DNA of 64,000 nt from positions 800,001-864,000 of the forward strand of contig JAWLHY010000003.1 in assembly GCA_041690135.1 (NCBI GenBank). Direction: 5' to 3'. The notes under the pieces were generated by a model. The model saw only the letters and a list, made by a program, of their open reading frames with translations, was not told the DNA's origin and ran no database searches. The position numbers and the translations under genes were made by a program. Source of the DNA: Armatimonadota bacterium. GTDB taxonomy: Bacteria > Armatimonadota > SYMT01. Shown here in pieces: positions 31,363 to 40,381 of this stretch. Each line of letters starts with the position of its first letter. The stretch's first letter is position 1.

Positions 31363-31683
31363 TCGCGACTCCCGGGTTGAAGCGTAGGCATAGCCACTTT
31401 AGGTTGGTCCGCTCCCACTACCACTATCATGGGGTCGCCCCCAGCCCTTGCCTTGGGCCGCCGCCCTCACGCGTGTTGGGCCTGCGCTCGCCCTTTCACG
31501 CGCCACCCCTCGGGGGTCCCCGGCGCTAACGGGCGGCTTCGGCGTGCAGCCCAGGACCTGGGCTCCGTGCTGCGACCGGGCACTGGAACCACGCCGGGCG
31601 TGGACGGGCGGCGACCCGGCGTCTTCGAGCTATCCCCCCGTCCGGGGAGATCACAAGGGCCCGGCGTTGCCGGGCTTTGGTTT
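31363..31683. repeat. Giant-spacer cassette B2
   Basis: Same B core; between degenerate repeats at 31334 and 31684. Confidence 0.85.
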
Positions 31684-34457
31684 CCGTCCATCCCCACGTG
31701 CGTGGGGACAACTGGGCTCTGCTGGAAGCGTTCGCTGAGACGCCCGGTCCACCGCCACGTGCGTGGGGAAAACATCGGCTGCCGAGATGATGATCTCCAT
31801 GTGTGCGGTCCACCCCCACGTGCGTGGGGATAAGAGCGCCTTCGGGAGTTGGCGCGCTCCGGCGAGCGGTTCACCCCCACGTGCGTGGGGACAAGGCCGT
31901 TGCGGATAAGGCCCGTGTCCAGGCCCACGGTTCACCCCCACGTGCGTGGGGACAAGGACGGTAACACCGAGGGTGAGGCGTACGACGACGGTTCACCCCC
32001 ACGTGCGTGGGGACAAGGCTGTGAAGATCATCAATGGGCGGGGTGGTGGCGGTTCACCCCCACGTGCGTGGGGACAAGCGGTCTATCTGGTTCACAAGGT
32101 TAAGGAGTCACGGTTCACCCCCACGTGCGTGGGGACAAGCGGGGCGTCGCTCGGGATCACCACCGGGCCCGCGGTTCACCCCCACGTGCGTGGGGACAAG
32201 AAAACTGCCGGGCGGTAAAGCTCCGAGCCCGCCGGTTCACCCCCACGTGCGTGGGGACAAGAGGGCGCGCTCCTGCTCCGGAGTGAGCCGACCCGGTTCA
32301 CCCCCACGTGCGTGGGGACAAGCTCACCCAGCTCCTCAACCGGCCCAATCCCCACGGTTCACCCCCACGTGCGTGGGGACAAGTCAGGATCGGCGCCTTG
32401 TGCTCGCCCTGGAACCGGTTCACCCCCACGTGCGTGGGGACAAGGACTCGTCCAGGTTCGGCACGATCCGGCTGAACGGTTCACCCCCACGTGCGTGGGG
32501 ACAAGCCCCTACGCGAACGCCTGACCTTCGCCCGCGTCGGTTCACCCCCACGTGCGTGGGGACAAGCGCGCCGAGGAGCACCCCTCGCAGGCTCGCCACG
32601 GTTCACCCCCACGTGCGTGGGGACAAGGAGGTGCTGGACGCGATGCGGGAGTATGCGGCCGGTTCACCCCCACGTGCGTGGGGACAAGGAGGACCTCCGC
32701 CTCCGGAAGAACTGCGTCCACGGTTCACCCCCACGTGCGTGGGGACAAGTGCGGTAGTGGAGTGCGTGCGCCGGGGTGGGGCGGTTCACCCCCACGTGCG
32801 TGGGGACAAGACCACCCCCCCTATTGTCCGACAATAGGGCCTCGGTTCACCCCCACGTGCGTGGGGACAAGTCATCTCGTTCCTTCAACAGCCGCTCGGA
32901 GCGCGGTTCACCCCCACGTGCGTGGGGACAAGGAGGAACTTCTCCGCCTGGGAGACGGCCTCCGCGGTTCACCCCCACGTGCGTGGGGACAAGGGTCTCG
33001 GCCCCGTCTTCCGGGTCGCCGTCCCCGGTTCACCCCCACGTGCGTGGGGACAAGTGTGGTGAGTGGTTGCAATCGCGCGGATGGGGCGGTTCACCCCCAC
33101 GTGCGTGGGGACAAGTGCCGGTTGGCATCGGAGAGGGACCGTCCGTCCGGTTCACCCCCACGTGCGTGGGGACAAGAACCCGTCGCCGGGCTCGGTGTTG
33201 CCCAGGTCCGGTTCACCCCCACGTGCGTGGGGACAAGTTTGCACCAGCCGCCTTCCAGTCTTGGCCCAACGGTTCACCCCCACGTGCGTGGGGACAAGCC
33301 TCGTGTCCGTCCGGGCAGGCCTGGAATTATCGGTTCACCCCCACGTGCGTGGGGACAAGTAATAGTGCTTTCGGCAACGTCTCCGTTAATCAGGTTCACC
33401 CCCACGTGCGTGGGGACAAGTGCTCGAAGTTGAGGACCCCCAGGTCCACCGTCGGTTCACCCCCACGTGCGTGGGGACAAGCTATCTCCCGTTCAAAAGG
33501 AACGGCCGGCCCACGGTTCACCCCCACGTGCGTGGGGACAAGGTCCGGTATCAACGCCTGCGCGAGGACCCCACCGGTTCACCCCCACGTGCGTGGGGAC
33601 AAGATCCCATCCAGTGCTGTCTGCACCCGTCGGGCCGGTTCACCCCCACGTGCGTGGGGACAAGCCGGCGGCATTCCTCGGCGGCGAACGTTTCGGCGGT
33701 TCACCCCCACGTGCGTGGGGACAAGCGGCAAGACCGGCACATCAGTGCCTTACCGGTCGGTTCACCCCCACGTGCGTGGGGACAAGATCCTGAACGAAAA
33801 GGCGTTGCGGACCCGCGCCGGTTCACCCCCACGTGCGTGGGGACAAGCCGTTTGATGTTGCCCAGCAGGTTCACCCCGGCGGTTCACCCCCACGTGCGTG
33901 GGGACAAGTTGATCTTGCGGTCGCGGATCTCGGCTTCCCACGGTTCACCCCCACGTGCGTGGGGACAAGCCGTTTGATGTTGCCCAGCAGGTTCACCCCG
34001 GCGGTTCACCCCCACGTGCGTGGGGACAAGAACTGCCGCGCTTTAAGGATGATCTCCTTCTTCGGTTCACCCCCACGTGCGTGGGGACAAGAGTCGAAGA
34101 ACGGGGTCTTGGTGCCCTGCTCCCGGTTCACCCCCACGTGCGTGGGGACAAGAACTGCCGCGCTTTAAGGATGATCTCCTTCTTCGGTTCACCCCCACGT
34201 GCGTGGGGACAAGAGTCGAAGAACGGGGTCTTGGTGCCCTGCTCCCGGTTCACCCCCACGTGCGTGGGGACAAGAACTGCCGCGCTTTAAGGATGATCTC
34301 CTTCTTCGGTTCACCCCCACGTGCGTGGGGACAAGGATCAGCAGCGCCGCAATCGCCGTCACCTTCGCGGTTCACCCCCACGTGCGTGGGGACAAGCTCT
34401 GGGGCCTGAAGCGCAGGGGGCGCCGTGTCGGTTCACCCCCACGTGCGTGGGGACAAG
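31684..34457 (-). CRISPR. Type I-E CRISPR array 1, 46 repeats and 45 spacers of 32 bp
   Basis: 29-bp repeat CTTGTCCCCACGCACGTGGGGGTGAACCG (minus strand), exact 61-bp period; degenerate copies at the left end, leader at the right. Confidence 0.98.
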
Positions 34458-34508
34458 AGCAAACTTAGCGTTTGCTGGAACTGGCCAATGGGCGCTGCGG
34501 TGTAGGAA

Positions 34509-34973
34509 TCAGGTATCGGTTTCTTCGCCTGCGGATCCGGTTCCTTCCGGGAGGGGCGGTCCCTCTTCGGGAACGGCTGTCGCCACCGGTGCGGGTGCTG
34601 AGTCGTCTTCAACCGCGCCCGTTCCCGGTGGCTTGTCGGGTTTTTTGGCGGTTTTCCAGGCCGGGTCGTAGAGGTAGGGGACGCGGACCAGCGACAGGCC
34701 CTCCAGGTCGAGGACCTCGCGGCTGGGGTCGCCGTACTTGCGGAAGGTGAAGCCCTGCTCGGTGCGGGCGCCGTACACCATCAGCGCGCCGGGGCGCTTG
34801 TCGGGATCCTGGACCTTCGTCTTCTCACAGCTCTCGCAGACCATGGTCCAGAGCCGGTCGCGCACGAGAGCGCTCATGCGGCCGACGAACACGCCGGTCC
34901 GCGGCTCGATCATCCACCGGGAGAGCTCGCCCCGGAGCTTCACCGGGACCTTTTCAAGGATCATCACTACCAT
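34509..34973 (-). CDS. cas2: Type I-E Cas2 with a C-terminal low-complexity extension
   Basis: MVVMILEKVPVKLRGELSRWMIEPRTGVFVG...VRDRLW...EQGF...DLEGLSLV. Confidence 0.95.
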   Translation of the reverse strand: MVVMILEKVPVKLRGELSRWMIEPRTGVFVGRMSALVRDRLWTMVCESCEKTKVQDPDKRPGALMVYGARTEQGFTFRKYGDPSREVLDLEGLSLVRVPYLYDPAWKTAKKPDKPPGTGAVEDDSAPAPVATAVPEEGPPLPEGTGSAGEETDT

Positions 34974-35000
34974 CTCGTCACCGTACCCTTCCGAAGGGGA

Positions 35001-35221
35001 TTCACCGCAGAGGCGCAGAGAACGCGGAGCCCACGCTGAGGGGAAAAGAAAGGCGGAGGGGAGAACGGGGAGATAGCTGATAACCGGCCAGACAGTTCGG
35101 CTGAGACTTCGGGCGTCCAGCGCGGAAACTTGAAGCCGGAACAGGATCTTCTCTCATCCAACGGAACTAGCCATTTCTTCCCTCTGCGCACTCTCAGCGT
35201 CCTCAGCGTCTCTGCGGTGAA
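35001..35221. repeat. Insert between cas1 and cas2 bounded by imperfect inverted repeats built of 9-mer units
   Basis: TTCACCGCAGAGGCGCAGAGAACGCGGAG ... CTCAGCGTCCTCAGCGTCTCTGCGGTGAA. Confidence 0.7.
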
Positions 35222-36172
35222 CTATTCTTCGCCGGACATGTCTTCGCTGTAGTTGAGGCCGCCGGCGACGCCCTGGGGAGTGCCGGGCTCCCAGAGGTAG
35301 CCGGGGGCGGCGGGGTCTACGTCGCCTTCGAAGAGGTTTTCGATCGGCTCGGGCTTGAGGCCGAGGACGCGGGGGAGGTCGTCGGCGAGGCGGTCGAGGA
35401 GGCGGTGCTCGCGGAAGAGATCGCGGCAGGCGAGGCGGACGGAACGCTCCAGGGGACGGGTGTCCTGGGCGACGGTCCGGAACGCTAGGGGGATGGTGAT
35501 CACCGTTTTGTAGAGGTCGGCGATGTCGTAGACGAAGGAGAGCTGCTTGCCGGTGTGGATAAAGCCGAGCGCCGGGCTGAGGCCCATGGAGAGGATGGCG
35601 GCGTGGCAGAGGCCGTAGAGGCAGGAGTTGGCCGCGGAGAGGGCGCGGTTGACGGGATCCGCGGCGTTCCAGCTTCCGCGGTCGTAGTGGCGGCCGTGCC
35701 AGGGAACGCCGGTTTCCTGCGAGGCGCGCGCGTAAGTGTCGCGGACGCGCCGCCCCTCCCAGCCGCGGAGCTGCTCCAGGTTGAGGTTAGGGTCCACCTC
35801 TTCCTGGAAGCGCATCTGGTACATCCGCCGGGCGACCTCCAGGCGGAGCGTGTCGTCGCTGACGAGCCGGGCCTGGTGGAGCAGCCAGGAGGCGCTGCGC
35901 GTGCCGCCGGTCCCGTGCGCGTAGAACCGCACGCCCTGTTCCCCGCACCAGACGACGAGGCAGTTGCTTTCGGCCAGCACGGCCATGGCGGCGTGGGTGA
36001 CGCGGGTGCCGGGGCCGAGCATGAGGATGGCCAGGGAAGCGGCGGGGACGCGCGTTTCGCCGACCTGGTCGTACAGGGCGATGGCGGAGTCTTTGCGGTC
36101 GACGCAGCAGTGCTCGACGTAGAGGTACGAGAGGCTGTCGCGGAGCTTGGGTAGGGTGCGAAGGTCGTCCAT
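35222..36172 (-). CDS. cas1: Type I-E Cas1
   Basis: SYLYVEH, LMLGPGTRVTHAA, LRGWEGRRVR, LGFIHTGKQLSFVYDIADLYK. Confidence 0.97.
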   Translation of the reverse strand: MDDLRTLPKLRDSLSYLYVEHCCVDRKDSAIALYDQVGETRVPAASLAILMLGPGTRVTHAAMAVLAESNCLVVWCGEQGVRFYAHGTGGTRSASWLLHQARLVSDDTLRLEVARRMYQMRFQEEVDPNLNLEQLRGWEGRRVRDTYARASQETGVPWHGRHYDRGSWNAADPVNRALSAANSCLYGLCHAAILSMGLSPALGFIHTGKQLSFVYDIADLYKTVITIPLAFRTVAQDTRPLERSVRLACRDLFREHRLLDRLADDLPRVLGLKPEPIENLFEGDVDPAAPGYLWEPGTPQGVAGGLNYSEDMSGEE

Positions 36173-36258
36173 TGTAGCTATCCCTTTACCGAACGGGTTG
36201 GCCCGCGGAATTCGCGGAAAGCGGGCCTTGGTTCACCCCCACGGTGCGTGGGGATTAT

Positions 36259-36563
36259 TGCGTCCACTCATTCGTGGTGGCGAAGCTACCATGGTCCTAC
36301 TCATTGCCTGGAGGTGCTACCGTGGGGTCGCCCCCAGCCCTTGCCTTGGGCCGCCGCCCTCCCGCGGAATCAGCCTCCGCTCGGCCTTTCACGCTCGTCG
36401 CTCGCTAGCGGCCGGCTCCGGCGTGCTCACCAGGCCCTGTGTTCCGCGCCGCTGACGGGCGCTGCAACCATTCCGGGCGTAGACGGGCGGCGCCCCGGCG
36501 TCTTCGAGCTATCCCCCCGTCCGGGGAGATCACAAGGGCCCGGCTCTGCCGGGCTCTGGTTGC
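36259..36563. repeat. Giant-spacer cassette B3
   Basis: B core, with a flank homologous to B1; between degenerate repeats at 36229 and 36564. Confidence 0.85.
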
Positions 36564-36592
36564 CGGGCACCCCCCACATGCGTGGGGACAAG

Positions 36593-36918
36593 GTATCCGG
36601 CCCGACCTTTCGCGACTCCCGGGTTGAGGAGTTGGCGAAGCTTCGTGGATGTTGTGCTGTTTCCCACTACCACTACCGTGGGGTCGCCCCCAGCCCTTGC
36701 ATTGGGCCGCCACCCTCCCGCGGAAGAAGCCTCCGCTCGGCCTTTCACGCTCGTCCCTCGCTAGCGGCCGGCTCCGGCGTGCAGCCCAAGACCTGGGCGC
36801 CGCGCTGCTGCCGGGCACTGGAACCAGTCGATGCGTGGACGGGCGGCGCCCCGGCGTCTTCGAGCTATCCCCCCGTCCGGGGAGATCACATAGGCCCGGC
36901 GCTGCCGGGCTTCGTTTT
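36593..36918. repeat. Giant-spacer cassette B4
   Basis: B core, with flank TTCGCGACTCCCGGGTTGA...CCCACTACCACTA shared with B2. Confidence 0.85.
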
Positions 36919-36984
36919 CCGTCCCCCCCACGTGCGTGGGGGGGACGGAAAACGAAGCCCGCCCTCGGTCTCCAGGTCCGGCCG

Positions 36985-38907
36985 CGGTCCACCCCCACGT
37001 GCGTGGGGAAAACTCGACCCGCTTCGCGCCGGCCAGCTCGCTCGTCGGTCCACCCCCACGTGCGTGGGGAAAACGCCCGCCATGGCTACCGCATAGTAGG
37101 GAGCATCGGTCCACCCCCACGTGCGTGGGGAAAACGCGCACACGCTCTCCCGGAATGCCCGCGACAACGGTCCACCCCCACGTGCGTGGGGAAAACTGGG
37201 CAGCCTTATCGCCCCCTTTCTCTAGCTGCGGTCCACCCCCACGTGCGTGGGGAAAACTTCTGCTTCCTGCTGGCGCTTCCGCTTCTCGGCTGGTCCACCC
37301 CCACGTGCGTGGGGAAAACTTCGCCAGAGAGGCGGGCCTGGGCCTGACGGGCGGTCCACCCCCACGTGCGTGGGGAAAACGCGGCGACGTCGTTCTCTTC
37401 CTTCGCGGCCTTCGGTCCACCCCCACGTGTGTGGGGAAAACCCGGGGGGCTGGTCGGTGTAGACCTTCACCAGCGGTCCACCCCCACGTGCGTGGGGAAA
37501 ACACCACCTGTGGGCGCGGGGGACCGAACCGCGACGGTCCACCCCCACGTGCGTGGGGAAAACTAGGGCACCGTGGAGGCCGGCCACTCCTTCGCCGGTC
37601 CACCCCCACGTGCGTGGGGAAAACGTCAAACGGCGCAAGGCATTGTTTCGCCATGTAGGTCCACCCCCACGTGCGTGGGGAAAACGCCCGCCCCCGCGCT
37701 AGTGGACGGCGGGGCTGCGGTCCACCCCCACGTGCGTGGGGAAAACGTGGTCGGCGCTGGCGCGCAGCACCCGCCGGGCGGTCCACCCCCACGTGCGTGG
37801 GGAAAACGCTGCTTCCTCGATGGTCTCATACAGCCCCAGCGGTCCACCCCCACGTGCGTGGGGAAAACGGCGCGGGCGAGGGCGGCGCGGGCACGCTGTC
37901 CGGTCCACCCCCACGTGCGTGGGGAAAACAGCAACATAGGACATCAGTAGCTCCCCTGGAACGGTCCACCCCCACGTGCGTGGGGAAAACTGGACTGCTG
38001 AAAGAGGACGGGACGCTCTGGGCGGTCCACCCCCACGTGCGTGGGGAAAACGCCAGCCGCGCCCACCTCCCGCCAGCCCGCCGCCGGTCCACCCCCACGT
38101 GCGTGGGGAAAACTCGTCTACTACTACGCTCAGCACCCGCTCCAGCGGTCCACCCCCACGTGCGTGGGGAAAACATGAGCCCTGCCCTGTGGCGGGCGGC
38201 GGATACCGGTCCACCCCCACGTGCGTGGGGAAAACTCATGACCTCTTCCGGGTCCTGCGGCATGCCGCGGTCCACCCCCACGTGCGTGGGGAAAACATCC
38301 CCACTTTCCAAGGATGTGGAGTTTGGGGCGGTCCACCCCCACGTGCGTGGGGAAAACACATCCGCCTCACTGATCGTCCGTCCGCGGACCGGTCCACCCC
38401 CACGTGCGTGGGGAAAACGTGACGCTGGACGCGGATGCCTGGGAAGTGGACGGTCCACCCCCACGTGCGTGGGGAAAACACGATAGCCTCACCTTCGCTC
38501 ATATCCTCTTCCGGTCCACCCCCACGTGCGTGGGGAAAACGCCGGTAAGCCCGCGACAGCGGTTCATACTGGCCGGTCCACCCCCACGTGCGTGGGGAAA
38601 ACGTCCGGCCGAATTCAGCGCCCATCGGCATCTCCGGTCCACCCCCACGTGCGTGGGGAAAACAACCGCGCCCACACTTCCGCCGCCACCTTCGACGGTC
38701 CACCCCCACGTGCGTGGGGAAAACCGCCCAGCGCTAGATAGGCGGCCACGATGAGGCGGTCCACCCCCACGTGCGTGGGGAAAACCTGGTACCACTTGTC
38801 CGGGTTCTCGCTCTCCTCGGTCCACCCCCACGTGCGTGGGGAAAACTCCAGAACTGCCCCCGTGGTACTTAACGAACGCGGTCCACCCCCACGTGCGTGG
38901 GGAAAAC
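36985..38907 (-). CRISPR. Type I-E CRISPR array 2, 32 repeats, located between cas6e and cas1
   Basis: Repeat GTTTTCCCCACGCACGTGGGGGTGGACCG (minus strand); 32-33 bp spacers. Confidence 0.98.
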
Positions 38908-38948
38908 AGCAAACTTAGATTAGCGCTTGCATGGAGGTTCGTGTGCTC

Positions 38949-39617
38949 TCAGTTTGCGGGGGCGAGGGAGAGGAGCCCGAAGCCGAAGCCTTTGGCGGTG
39001 CCGATACCGGCGCGGAGGGTGGCGAGGAAGAGCTCCGGATTCCGGACTTCTAGCAGGCCTTCGAATTCGACGCAGGCGTAGGGAACGCTTTTCCCCGCGG
39101 ACTTGCGGACAAGAACTACCCCGCGGTCGGTGACGGTGAAGGTGGTGGGCGCAAACCCGCCTTGCTCTCCTTTGCGGTGCAGCCAGCTCCGTTGGGCGAC
39201 CTCGGTTTCCTGGGGGTCGTCGAAGACGAGTGCCCGGCGCGCGCCGTCTTTGGGTTTGCCGGTGCGTGCATCGACCGCGTGCCCGCCGGGCTCCCGGCGA
39301 GTGGGGTTGGCGGTCAGGCGAAAGCGCAGGCTTTGCCCGGCGGAGAACTTCAGGTCGAGCGCTTTCACCTGTGGGGTGACGGCCAGGTAACGACCGCTGT
39401 TCTCCAGGCGGCGCCAATCCGGCTCGGCCAGAGATTGGACCAGCACTCGCGGCCCCCGCCGGCTTTCCTCGGCTCGGAACAGGCAGCGTGCTTCCTGATA
39501 GGCCTGTCCGTCCGGAAAGCCGGTGGAAAGCGTCCGATGCAGTTGATACACGTCGCGCAACTCGGACCGTACCCGGGGAGAGGCGGGGTTCAACTCCAAC
39601 AGCGTGAGGTAGATCAT
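38949..39617 (-). CDS. cas6e: Cas6e/Cse3 crRNA processing endonuclease
   Basis: YQLHRTL, FRLTANPT, GIGTAKGFGFGLLSL Gly-loop. Confidence 0.96.
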   Translation of the reverse strand: MIYLTLLELNPASPRVRSELRDVYQLHRTLSTGFPDGQAYQEARCLFRAEESRRGPRVLVQSLAEPDWRRLENSGRYLAVTPQVKALDLKFSAGQSLRFRLTANPTRREPGGHAVDARTGKPKDGARRALVFDDPQETEVAQRSWLHRKGEQGGFAPTTFTVTDRGVVLVRKSAGKSVPYACVEFEGLLEVRNPELFLATLRAGIGTAKGFGFGLLSLAPAN

Positions 39618-40381
39618 CCGTTGCCTCCTACGGCAGTCCCTCCCTGCGGAGGGTTTACGTGGATGCAGCGACAGTGGCGAAAGGCATACTGCCGTGCGAG
39701 GTTGACACGCAGGGCATCCTGGCGAACCAGGTCACCTACCGGGTCTTCAATGAAGGCCTGCAAGGGAAAGGATGGCGGCGACTTCCGCTGCGCGTGCGCG
39801 CTGCCTCGCCAGTCCCAGGGATGCCGGGTAAGGGCCTCCTCGATGCCGGAATAGACCTGTGTCAGGGTCTCCAGGATGGGGCGGGTGGGAATACAGGCCT
39901 TGCGCCCGAGGTAGAGCGGCCACGCCGGAGCCCCAAGTGCCCCTGCGGCGGTGGTTAACAGGCCGGCTCCCCGTTCGGTTTCCTCCAGGGCCACCAGGAA
40001 CGCGGCATCCTCCAGGTAGTACCGGGGCGAGATGATGGTGGCGGGAGTGGCGTCCGGGTCGCGGCCCAGCCGCTCCAGCGAGGTGGCCGTTTTCAACCCG
40101 GAGTGCCGATACGTGCCTTCGGCGGTCGGAAGAAACCCGCTAACGGTGTGATAGTCGAGCATCACCCGGCCGGGCGCTTCTACCCGTACGCCGAAGCGCA
40201 GCCCCGCGTCCAGGGCTTCGAGGCGCGCGTCTCCGACGGGGTACCCGAGCGCGCAGCCCAGCAAGCCGATGACGCCAGATTTGGTCGGCTCCGCCTGGGT
40301 ATCCCGTACGTCCCAGCGGGCACGCACGCCCCAGGACTGCAACGGCCCTTCCAGGCGGAGCAGCAACACGGGCTTACCCAT
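39614..40381 (-). CDS. cas5e: Cas5e/CasD
   Basis: LLLRLEGPLQSWG, PTKSGVIGLLGCALG, DYHTV, RYYLEDA, LYLGRKAC. Confidence 0.96.
   Translation of the reverse strand: MGKPVLLLRLEGPLQSWGVRARWDVRDTQAEPTKSGVIGLLGCALGYPVGDARLEALDAGLRFGVRVEAPGRVMLDYHTVSGFLPTAEGTYRHSGLKTATSLERLGRDPDATPATIISPRYYLEDAAFLVALEETERGAGLLTTAAGALGAPAWPLYLGRKACIPTRPILETLTQVYSGIEEALTRHPWDWRGSAHAQRKSPPSFPLQAFIEDPVGDLVRQDALRVNLARQYAFRHCRCIHVNPPQGGTAVGGNG

Noticed and set aside
30916-31380. Cassette A as a protein-coding gene (GFPLLCVGEVYAPRGWG)
   Set aside because: No consistent start or RBS, an in-frame stop in A1, and the conserved peptide coincides with the DNA hairpin arms
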